A stretch of 56,969 nucleotides of DNA, the filler included, from Thelocarpon superellum (Eukaryota): NCBI GenBank assembly GCA_026025795.1. It is 2 parts of 2 records of this genome, joined end to end, with 100 filler letters (N's around TTAATTAATTAA, not from the genome) between each part and the next. Parts side by side here need not be neighbours in the genome. Positions count along the whole stretch, not along the records: positions 28,621 to 56,969 come from JAPEUG010000236.1; 1 more part is not named here. One strand, given 5' to 3'. A model generated the notes under the pieces. The model was not told where the DNA came from. It saw only the letters and a list, made by a program, of their open reading frames with translations, and searched no databases. The translations under genes were made by a program, and so were the position numbers. How positions within the stretch are numbered: the first letter of the stretch is position 1; each line of letters opens with the position of its first letter. Of this stretch, positions 37,387 to 47,808 are shown piece by piece.

Positions 37387-38505
37387 TTATTGAGTGGCCG
37401 GCTGCTCCTGGAAGAGCTTGATGTAGTTGAAGTCCCAATTGCCCCCGCCCAGCATGGCATACGATGACTGCACATACGCCTGACACGTCGCGCTCTTGGT
37501 CGATGGCTGACATTCCTGGGCCCAGATCTGATCGACCAGGTCGCCGCAGAAGCTCGTGCTGATGGACTACCGCCGGGAAGTCAGCATGGGCGTCGCGGGA
37601 TGGCTCTGTGCCGAGTCCGACTCACAATACGTTGTTCCCGGAAGTGCTCGTCAATGTGACATGGGCCGGAGAAGTTGGCTGCTGGCCGGCCCCACGTCGC
37701 CGGCTGCGGCTGGTTCGTCGCGATGTCGGCCGGGATGAGGTTGCGGCGCCAGAAATACACCGAGATGGTCTGCGACGTCCAGACCAAGGCAAAGGCCCCC
37801 CCACCGTTGGCTAGGAAGGTGCCGATGTCCGTTCGGAGGTCGTTGGACGAGTAGGCGACAGCGCAACCTAGGTTTCCTGTGGCAACATCGTTGCAGTCCG
37901 TGCTGAGCTGCTGGCCCTCCTCCGCGCCGGCCGTCATAGTGCAAGTCGCGTTGGCGTGAAGGCTGATGCGATCGCTGACATTGTTTTCGGCACCGCCCAT
38001 CTGCTCAAAGAGCTTGATTCCGCCGTTGACGGGCCAGTTGTCGCCGGCCGTCATGAGCAGCGACCATAGACCGCATTGCTTCTCCGGAATCTGCAGGACA
38101 TCGATGACGAGCACGCCGTGGGTGAAGGTGTCTTTGCTGACGAGGCGTACACTGTTTGGCTTCCCACCCAGCGCTGATTGAAGACTTCCGACGGACTGTC
38201 CGAGCCATGCATTGGGCCGGATGGACACGGACGCTTGATGTTGGAAGATACCATTGCTGACCGCGCTGCTCTGGTTCACGTACTGGACGAAGCCGTGCGA
38301 AGGGTCGCTCTACCATGGTATCAGTCTTGTCGTCTGCTCGCGTGTGGCGACGCGGAAAGAATTGATCCAGGTGACTGACCGTCTCAAACACGAATTCATC
38401 TGCAAAATTGCTGGCATTGTATTCTTTGGAGAGAGTGTAGGCCCACGACCCGTGGATGGAGAGACACACGAACGCCGCAAGGCAACGGAGTAGGATGGTC
38501 GTCAT
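37387..38505 (-). CDS. Secreted GH16 laminarinase-like (Lam16A-type fold) protein with a degenerate catalytic motif; introns 38379-38310, 37625-37567
   Basis: Signal peptide MTTILLRCLAAFVCLSIHGSWA; DPSHGFVQYV, SVRLVSK, NGGGAFALVW, ISVYFWRR, WGRPAANF, FCGD. Catalytic segment reads WPVNGGIKLFE. Confidence 0.85.
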
Positions 38506-38880
38506 CCTGGCCTGCACCAGCCTGTGCGAGCACCAGGATCTCGACAACGAGACTGCATCCGCCTTTAGTATGCCGTCACCGTCGATCCGGTTCCCGCAAG
38601 AGATTCTACCCACGGACGATTCATTACGAATGGAGGCACGAAGGTTTGCAACGTGGGTCGAGCACGTGAAGTGGATCCTTCCTGCCGTTTGTTAAGATGT
38701 GACGCCGTCGGCGGCTTCCTGCGTGCAGCGTAGAGAAGATTAAACGCTCCACGCTATCGTCCGACATATCCGAGCGAAGCGGGTCCGTGCATGCCCCGAA
38801 GGTTTTGCTTCACCACGCTGTAACTTGCTCGTCCTTCCTCCTGCGACCGTAATTCCCTCGTTGGCCGCGCCATGGGCTCA

Positions 38881-38918
38881 TCATTCGTCATTCGTCATTC
38901 GTCATTCGTCATTCGTCA
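38881..38918. repeat. (TCATTCG)5 heptamer repeat downstream of SSU72
   Basis: Direct reading. Confidence 0.9.
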
Positions 38919-38990
38919 CGCATCCGTAGAGGTAGAGGTAGAGCTTCAGTCGAGTGGCCAAGCTCGCATCACTTGTGCACTTCTGCTCCC

Positions 38991-39953
38991 TCAAAACCAG
39001 CCCAACGTCCAAATGGCAGGGAGTTGGGGCCACCGCTCCTGCCACTCGGCGAGCAGCTCTGGTACGCGCTCATCCAAGCCACCGCGAGCTGCGAGACTGT
39101 TGGCGTCCACCGTGGTCGCGGCACTACGCGCCCGCTCCTCCCGCGCGGCCGCGTTTAGGGTGTTGGCGAGATCGAGGATGGCTTTACCGCCCACCAGCGC
39201 TTCCTCGTGATTGTCGCGAATGTCGATGTTGATGATATGAACCGGGCGGTTGAGCGGCGAACCGCGGGACAGGAGGTCATCCACAACCGCGTCCCAGCAG
39301 CGTTCTTCACAGGTGATGACGACGTCCACCACCCCTCCTTCCACCCCGAGACTGCCTCGATCGGTCTGATGATTCAGTCGTGGAATGCCGACTTTCCAGT
39401 CTTGCCACCGCTCCGGTCCCCATTTGACCCCACGGTTTCGCTCGAGCATGTTGAGCAAGCCATTGGCTCGGTAGAGGCGAGCGTCCTTGGACTCGAGCTC
39501 TTGGTACATGTCATTGTAGCTGGTCGTGTTGAAGGCGTAGACGTTAGGCTGGGTGATGCTGGGTCCCGGCAGACGTACCAACGACCCCGTCCCGAACGAG
39601 ATGACGGGATAGTTGGCGGTGGACAGTTGCAAATGTGCTTCCATGGATCTGCGCGATGTAAGCCTCGTCCCCACCACGGCGACGTCGAGACAATGAGCAC
39701 CGGAGCTCGGCCCTTGTTCGCCTTTGCGAGACCCTTCATCTACGCACCTGTTCTGATTGCTCGCACAGACGGTACAAAACCGTAGCTTGAAGCCTTCCTC
39801 CGGTTTCGACGACCCATTCTCCGCACTCGCGTCGTCGTCGCCCGTCATCGCGTCGGCGTTGGGTACCGCTTCGGATCGAGGTGGTGGAGGCGGCGGATTC
39901 AGAGGAGTCTCCGTCAGCGGCGCCATGCCCGTCAGACGGGGGTCGGTGGCCAT
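38991..39953 (-). CDS. SSU72: RNA polymerase II CTD phosphatase Ssu72; intron 39747-39649
   Basis: [18 protein letters not shown]5R motif, [25 protein letters not shown] and DIRDNHEEA. Confidence 0.96.
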   Translation of the reverse strand: MATDPRLTGMAPLTETPLNPPPPPPRSEAVPNADAMTGDDDASAENGSSKPEEGFKLRFCTVCASNQNRCVDEGSRKGEQGPSSGAHCLDVAVVGTRLTSRRSMEAHLQLSTANYPVISFGTGSLVRLPGPSITQPNVYAFNTTSYNDMYQELESKDARLYRANGLLNMLERNRGVKWGPERWQDWKVGIPRLNHQTDRGSLGVEGGVVDVVITCEERCWDAVVDDLLSRGSPLNRPVHIINIDIRDNHEEALVGGKAILDLANTLNAAAREERARSAATTVDANSLAARGGLDERVPELLAEWQERWPQLPAIWTLGWF

Positions 39954-40916
39954 GGTTATGAGAACTCCTTGTGGACGAGGTGAGGGCGCCAGGTCTGACG
40001 GGGGACCTTGACAAGACGTGGCTACCTAGGCAGCCACGTGCAACAGTCAGCATCCCCATGCTGGCCTGCAAGATCTCTAGATTGGTGCGGACGATCCGGC
40101 TGAGGCAGGACAGTGGCTCAGAGACAGTTTGCGTATATGTGATAGAAGATTCCGCATTCCAAATGGACATAGGACAGCTCCAATAAAGGACTCATCATCG
40201 GGAGCTGATCGTCTCACGACATCGGACATTTCTCACGCGCTCACCTCAAGTCGTGCTTTGAGATCTATGAATGATGACTTTGTGCCGCCTGATACGCAGC
40301 TGTCGACGTTGGGGTCAAGGAGCTACCCGGGACATATTTTGTTGTGCGTCGCTCTTGATGCGTGAAGCCTGTGCTGCGTGCTCGTCAGCGTACGAGTAGT
40401 GGCGCCGGTCGGAAGACCTCGGACCTTCCCTGATCCGATCATGGCGCGAGCACGGATAGGCTGCAGGACTGCAGGCACTCTGAAACACGCCCTAGCCCGT
40501 CTCGTACCCCGTTCGGCGGGGCGGCGTCTAAACGGAGGGCAAACGGGGCAAGTCATGCATTATTACACCAGCCGACCGCGCAATCGTCATCCTCCACCGT
40601 CGTTGACCGCCCCTTCTATGGTCGATAGTCGCGGGCAAACAATGGATCGGAAGGCATCTTCGTCGTGGAGTCGGTGTGAACGTGTCCCCTTAGTCCGGGT
40701 CGCCATCCCAATCGCCCGCACGCATACCCTTGACTTGGCACTGCTCGTGGCTGGTCGCTTCTATATATATCCGCCCAGGATCGCGCGGTCGTCGCTAAAA
40801 GACCAATCGGACTGGCCAGGATGTCCCACGTATGACTACCAGCGGAAGGTTGAGGATTGGAAGTCCGACGCGCTCTGGCCACGGCCCCCCAGTGCGGGTG
40901 TTGATGGTGATGGTAA

Positions 40917-40951
40917 GGGCGAGGGGCGAGGGGCGAGGGGCGAGGGGCGAG
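40917..40951. repeat. (GGGGCGA)n heptamer repeat in the SSU72/NBP2 divergent intergenic region
   Basis: gggcgaggggcgaggggcgaggggcgaggggcgag. Confidence 0.88.
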
Positions 40952-42118
40952 CGGCGAGGGCGAGCGGCGGCACATGGTCAAGTACCGGGATCGCTCACGC
41001 TCCTCCCGCTCGACAAGCTGTAGCGGATGGGAATACGGAGGACTCCGCATCCCACTCGCGAGCCGACTGTAGCTGACCATCGCTACCTGCTTGCACATAT
41101 GCATATCCCTGAGGACCTACCGACATTACGAGATCGTACGAAGTTCCCGAACATGCGTGAACAAATACGAAGCCGTGTTTACGAGCGCGGTACAAAGTGA
41201 TACTCGCACCACCTCGTGGGTAGGTTCCACGCTTCGGTCTGGGTGCACGCTTGTCTGTGTATGTGTGTGGGTGCGGGCGTGTCTATCTGAACGAGCGCGG
41301 GACCCGACAGCGCGCAGCGCCAAGTGCCAAGTGCCAGCTGCCAGCTGCCAGCTGCCAGCTGCCCGTGGCCAGCAGCTAGCAGCCCTCCACCTCTAAAGCT
41401 ACCTGGTCGCCGTCGCATGCAACCAGCTCGACGGCTCCGGACTTTGCGCCACCCGTTCCTTCCCATCCCCTCCATCGTGGACAGTGCATGATCATCGCTC
41501 GCCCAGCACTCGGTCATCGACTTCGGGGACGATTGCCACCGACCAGCATCGAGTACGCGGGGCCTGGGAGAGATGCGTGAACGTTGGCGACCACGGCGTT
41601 AGTCCACCCGGTCCCATTCTATCGCACCCTCGAAGGCGCCGCCTCCGTCTGGATCGTCGTCTGGCGCTATTGGTAAGCCTGTCGTCCTTGCCCTGCCTGA
41701 CTGTCCACCCTCGCCCAACACCACCCCTCTATCCCCATCATCACAACCAGACTCAAGACTTGAGCCAGCGCGGCGGTAGCGTGTGCGCGATCCTTCGCCG
41801 TCAACCATGTTGAGCACACCCGCTGCTGTCAACGGCGCTGGCTCCACACCTCTTCCCACTCACGCCGGTGTAACCGGTCCTACGCCACATCGCGCAAGCT
41901 GTGTCCGGCATTCATCTTACAACACCTCCGCTGACCGTCATCTTGGGCACCGTAGAGACTGTTCTGCCAATTGACCCCGTCTGTCTTCCAGTTACAGACT
42001 CGCCTTTCCCCTCCATTCTCCCACACACCTGTCGCTGGATGAGCCGCACGCTGTGCGCATTCCTCATCCGTCCGGCCTAACCATCTCCGTCGCTGGCAAC
42101 ACGGGTACGCCCGCCGTC

Positions 42119-43765
42119 ATGATGACCGCGGTTCTCTCGCCGCCGGCGACCTCGCCATCGCCCTCATCCCCGATTCAGTCCCCGCAGCCGGCGCCGTCAG
42201 GTTCGACGAATCCCAATCACCCATCGCTGCCACCCCTCGTCACGTCGAATCCTCGGCGGAACAATCTTCAACGGCCGCCCCCTCCCGCGCGAGATCGACT
42301 GTCGACATACTCCAACGCCTCCAACGTGTCACAGATGCGATCCCGCCCCCCGTCGCAAGCCTTCCTCAACCTCCACTCCAGTCTCTCCTACACCGCGGTC
42401 CGCGACTTTGCTTACCCCGACGTCCACCCCATGCACTATGGCCCTCCTCCCGAACCTTCGGGCCATGCCTCTGGTGTCTCGACGCCTGCGAGTGAGGCCC
42501 ATCGACGTTTGTCCGATCCTGCACGGGCGTCGTGGGATCGAACCGGTGGCGGCTGGTCGGTAGGACCGTGGGGTGGCGAGGGTCCGATGAGCGGTGAATC
42601 TGCGCCACAACTGCTCTACCAAGATGGACCACCGTGGAGCGAGGACGAAGATCTGCAGAGCCCGGTCGTTGTGAGCTCGCGCCACAAGAAGTACAAATCG
42701 TCTGGGACCGCGCGGGGCTTGGGCAACGGTCGGGGTACCGGCGACGGTATGGAGGACACGGACGAGGGAACGCAAGTGATGCGACGTGGGGGATCCGGTG
42801 CAGGACGAGCGTATCTGTCCGCCACCGTCCCTGGCACGGGCGAGACGTACTACGCCAACGAAGGGGAAATGGCGGCCAATGGACCTGGTGGAGAATTTGT
42901 CGCGCATGCGCCAGACTCCTCTCACACATCTACCGCACGCCCACACAACTCCAGCAGCCGAGCCAACTCCGCCTTTAACACTACGCTTCCCAGTCGATCC
43001 TATCTTGATCCCTCGGGGCACCCATATCGGCCCGAGGGCGATTCATCACCCACGGCGTTAGACGAGGCGCGGCACAACGAGTCGCGCTATTCGCGCGACT
43101 ACCAATTCACCATCGCGTCGCCGGACGAAGAGATGCACGGAAAGGCCGTGGCGCTGTTCGACTTTACACGCGAGAATGAGAACGAGCTACCGTTGATCGA
43201 GGGCCAGGTCATCTGGGTATCGTACCGGCACGGCCAGGGCTGGCTGGTGGCCGAAGATCCCAAGACGCACGAAAGCGGGTTAGTGCCGGAGGAATACGTG
43301 CGTCTCCTCCGGGACATCCGCGGAGGCTGGGGCAGTCTCACGGGCGACGCTGGGGACGGGACGATGAGCCCGCAGTCCGCCGTCACGGACGTCAGCACTC
43401 CCACCCAAGCCGATCATCAGCCGCCGCTGTTCTCGCCCGGCTCCAGCGGCAGCAACGGCTTCCAGCATCCGCCCGTGGTCTCGGTCTTCTCCACCTCGTC
43501 CAAGGATCTGGATCCTTACCCACAGCATCTCCTAGGGACGCAGCAAGGGCAGACCCCCCCTCAAGTCGTCCACTATCATGGACAGCGGGGGGGCTCGCAG
43601 ACGAATACCCCAACCCTTCTCAGTCCCAAGGAGAGCACCCCAGCGAGTCGCGCGACGACCATATCACGAACCGGTCTCGCCGACATGACCAACGGACCTG
43701 AATCTACGGCCGCCACGATTGCCGAAGCCCCAGCCAGCAAAGAGGCCGAGATGACCGAGTCATGA
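42119..43765 (+). CDS. NBP2: SH3-domain adaptor Nbp2/Skb5-like (HOG pathway); start uncertain, a 5' exon is possible
   Basis: HGKAVALFDFTRENENELPLIEGQVIWVSYRHGQGWLVAEDPKTHESGLVPEEYV SH3 domain, plus the N-terminal VRDFAYPDVHPMHYG motif. Confidence 0.85.
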   Translation: MMTAVLSPPATSPSPSSPIQSPQPAPSGSTNPNHPSLPPLVTSNPRRNNLQRPPPPARDRLSTYSNASNVSQMRSRPPSQAFLNLHSSLSYTAVRDFAYPDVHPMHYGPPPEPSGHASGVSTPASEAHRRLSDPARASWDRTGGGWSVGPWGGEGPMSGESAPQLLYQDGPPWSEDEDLQSPVVVSSRHKKYKSSGTARGLGNGRGTGDGMEDTDEGTQVMRRGGSGAGRAYLSATVPGTGETYYANEGEMAANGPGGEFVAHAPDSSHTSTARPHNSSSRANSAFNTTLPSRSYLDPSGHPYRPEGDSSPTALDEARHNESRYSRDYQFTIASPDEEMHGKAVALFDFTRENENELPLIEGQVIWVSYRHGQGWLVAEDPKTHESGLVPEEYVRLLRDIRGGWGSLTGDAGDGTMSPQSAVTDVSTPTQADHQPPLFSPGSSGSNGFQHPPVVSVFSTSSKDLDPYPQHLLGTQQGQTPPQVVHYHGQRGGSQTNTPTLLSPKESTPASRATTISRTGLADMTNGPESTAATIAEAPASKEAEMTES

Positions 43766-45593
43766 TCGTTTGAGAGGATATCCGTATGAGGACGAGGGCG
43801 AAGGCGATGATGCATCAGGTTTCCTATCCTGTATTAGCTTGGGAATGACCCCCCCGACAATGAGATTTACGACCACTGGCCCTCTTTGAACTTTAGCGAT
43901 TCCTCTGTCGTCTTTTGGCGCAATACAGCCAGTGCGTCTTGGTGGATCATCTCCATCTGGCCGTGCTCAATTGCTCCCTCCCTCCCTCCCCCCCTCCCCC
44001 ACTCGCTCACCTCCTCTCTCGCTACAACTCCAGTCATCCACTTGCTTCTCTCCGCCTCTTCCTCGCCCTCTTCCTCGTCCTTGACTTGACGCAAGCGAGA
44101 TCATATCGCATCCTGATCCGTCTGATCCGCCGGTACTCTCAACGTGGAAGCTTAGCCTCCATATCTCCCAGCTCTAAACAATACCTATTACCTCGTTGAT
44201 CGACTCCTCGTGATGCCACTCACAAAGATCGCCCATTGCTCCTACCGCTTGCCGTCCTCTTCTGACCTACCCACTGGTGAACACTCGTCTGCGCATACTC
44301 TCAGGGCTCGGAATCATCAGCCTCGTTACTAGCTCATGAGCACGGCTAATGGGGCCTCCTCTGTTCACCGAGTCGATCGTCTGAAGCCTTCCTCCTGTAT
44401 TAGCATCAACGGCTTCCATAGCATTGGTGACCTTTGGAGGTACACCAGAGACTGTGGTCGTAGAGCAGAATCGAAGGCGTCCAGACTGTTTTCCACTGGT
44501 TGTAACGGTGTTTATTGGTCGAGCCGCCCTCGGACACTGGTTCAACCGCACATACGAGACTTCGCAGCCAGATCTTGCCAGCCCAACTCGCGATGAACGC
44601 GATCTGACCGATCCTGCAAACCCGCACTGCTGTTCTCCACACCTGACGCTACGTAGGACAACACTGGCGACACCGGCTTGCCTACGAGGCGTCGGGTGCT
44701 ATGTGGATGGACGGACGCTTGCGAAGCATCTGGGGCTTGTGGTACTGGATACCTAGCCTCGCCCGCCCCAGAGCACGTCGACAGTATCCTCTCATCGTGG
44801 AGAGTAATCCCCGTGGCTATTGGCGTGTCGGGATGCCTTCTGTGGAAACTCGCCAGCCGAGAAGCGGACCAGCCACGGTCGGCTCTGCCACTGGATGTCG
44901 TGCTGGGTGGACTCTCTTCGTCTGACGCGCAGTCACGTTTGATGGTCGAGGGCCGGTCGATGCCATCTTCGATCGTGTTGCCATCAGTCAATTGATCAGC
45001 ACGAGCTCGGCTCTGGCCGTCGATGGGTGGCGAAGTTTCTTCGAGACCCGAGAAGTGGGGCGATGTCTTCCTCTTCATCCTTGCCGGTGGGACGGATGTG
45101 TTGTCTCTCTTGCCTCGAACATCCTGGGGTGCGGGTGCTGTTTGCTCTTGGTCGCTGCAGGAGAGGACCAGGGGTGGCGCCAGGTGCAACCAAGGGCCAG
45201 GAGCCGATGGACGGGTTCAGATTCAGGTTGGGGGAACTCCTCCATCTAGATCGTACGTAAGCCTGGAGACCTTCTCATTTACCAATCTAACGACCAGTGA
45301 CTAATGACGAGGAAGGAAGTTCGGGAGACAAGGGCCGGGGAGCTTCTTGAATGTCAGTCTGTGACTGCGTAGTTCTGTCACTCCATGCAGATGGTCATGA
45401 CCCGATTGCATTAGCTATGGCGCGTGCATACCTAGAAGCACAAGGGAAATGGACGTCACGTCGCTCATGTGTTCGCCGGATTTGGGATGGATCTATAGGA
45501 GGTCCTCGACTCGCGGATGGAGCGAATGCTTATCCCCCTCCACCACCGGACCGGGGCATTCGCCCCCGTGTACTCCTCCTCGCTGCCATTCCC

Positions 45594-47455
45594 TCAACCC
45601 AACAAATCGTCCAATCCGCTCGAGCCACCCGCTGTCGACGAAGAGCCCGTTTGGAAAGGCTTCATGGGCGCATTCATCTGGCCCTGTCCGGCCGGTGTGG
45701 ACGATGATGAACTGGTCGCGGCCCAGATCCCCGCACTGGCTTTCTGCTTGGCCATACTGGCGAGGTTCGGCCCTTGTTGACCCAATGTATTGCTCTTCTT
45801 GATGCCAGAGCTGGCAGTTGACCACAGGCTGCCGAACGCGTCTCCACCACCGCCAGATGACGATGATTTAGCGTTAGTCGTGCTTGTGCTGGGCTTCAGG
45901 GTCGCCGTGGCTGAAACCCCCAAGGGCGTCGTGGTCCCACTCGCCCCTATAGACGTGTTGGGCATCGTGGACACCGAGGTAAAGTAGTTGGGTTGCGCCG
46001 CTTGATATCCTGTGGGCTGAAGTGGAAGTTGGGGCGCTGGTTGCGCAGCCATGTATGACATATTGGATACGGTGGAAGGGTTCCTGGGACCCGGCGGGGG
46101 AGATGTGAAGCCGACAATGTCGTTCAGATTGGCGCCTTGTGAGCCTGAGAGCGGCTGTGGTGCAGCGAGCTTCGATGTCGCCGTCGCCATGAGGTTCGGC
46201 GCCGGCGGTTGGAGGGCGGCAATGCTTGCGGCAGGGCCAGCCTCTGTCGCTGGGGTAGCGGATTGAAAATCGTCAAAGTCATCCTCGTCGCCTCCTCCAG
46301 GCTGTGACAGGTCATCTAACACGGACGTGGTGGATTGCTTCCCGTTCGAGGTGGTCGCGGACATGGATGCGGGAGGGGGGTCGTCGTCGCCGAAGCTGAA
46401 CAGATCTACCTCTGGTTCCTTGGCTTTCGGAGGCGCCGCCCTCTTCGACGCCGACTCACGTTTCGGCCTTGAAGACTCGGAGGCATGTTCTTTTCGACGA
46501 CTCGTGGATGGCGCTGCGCCCTCTTCGTATTCGTCGTATTCCTCGAATCGGTCTTTCCGCCCGCCCGAGTCCTGGAACCCGCCCGTGCTCCCTCCAAAGC
46601 CGCCCCCGTCTCCGTACACGCCCCCGCTGTACCCTCCATATCCGGCCTCTTCCCCTCCAAAGCCTCCATACCGGCTGCCACCACCTGCGCTTGAGCTACT
46701 GAAAGCCAAGCCTCCTTCGATCCCGCCGTACTTGTTCCGCGTCTGCCGAGATTTCTTGCGCTCCGCTCGGATCCGATCCACGTCGCTGAGGAGATCAGCC
46801 AGCTCTTTGGCTCGATTGCGTACGTTGATTCCCTGATCTTTGCCGTTTTGGTCGATAAAGTGGAATTGACGGAGCATCTTGAGCAGCGACAGGTGCGAAC
46901 GGGCTTCGTCGATGACCCGTTCCGAACCATTTTTGATCAGAAACTCCAGCAGTTGCAAAGCCTACACCGTGTAAGCAGAGCAAATGGTGAGCGACCAAGG
47001 TCGTTCACCTTGTAAATCTGCCTCCACTCCTCGGCCGCCTTCTCAGTGAACCGCTTGTAGATCATAGGCATAATTTCATTCAACAAGGAGCTGCGTGATT
47101 GGTTAGAACATCGACCTCGCCCAAAAGGCGAGCATATGGGAGCCTACTAATTGTACGTGCCATTGGCAATCTCTTGCATGAGAGTGGAGGACGCACCCCA
47201 CGGCTCATTGTTCGTGGCTTCTCGAACCTGGGACAATTAGCCGTGACGACCTCGTGAGCCGAAGGGTGTAATCACCTTGGCCTCCATTTCCGTGTAATTC
47301 ATCACGGCTACAGATTCCCAGATCAACATCGACCCAACGGCGTAGGAGCAGCAATCGTTTGGGAGACGCTCACCATTCTGGACCTTGCGAACCCCTGCCT
47401 TGATGTCGTACAGCGTCAGATTGCTGACCTGGTCTTTGATGCTGTTGAGATCCAT
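45594..47455 (-). CDS. ENT3: ENTH-domain epsin-like Golgi/endosome adaptor Ent3; introns 47373-47308, 47275-47228, 47147-47091, 47008-46962
   Basis: LTLYDIKAGVRKVQNAVMNYTEMEAKVREATNNEPWGASS, EWRQIYKALQLLEFL, DQGINVRNRAKEL; DDFDDFQ motif; ends DDLLG*. Confidence 0.94.
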
Positions 47456-47808
47456 GATTGCCACCAGTAGAGCAGACCTCAGACGATGGGAAAACCGAGA
47501 GCAGTGAACAAGTCCAGACAATATTTGGGACACGTCTTGAGCGGTGGACGATCGTGCACGACCTCCTGTCTCGAATTTGATTCGAGATTCACTGGTGGCG
47601 TCCGATTGCCATTTGACTTTCGTCTCGTGGTGGGCTAGTCACGTGATGTGGGGCATGCATGTATCACGTGATGGGAAATCAGTCGTTTCATTGCTAGGAG
47701 GACTCCCTTACGAGTTGCTCAAGCAGGCTGAACGGACGGAACGAATGATATGACTACAAAGTCTCCCGACAAGTCCACGCCTACGCATTGCTCAGAAGGC
47801 GACTCTTA

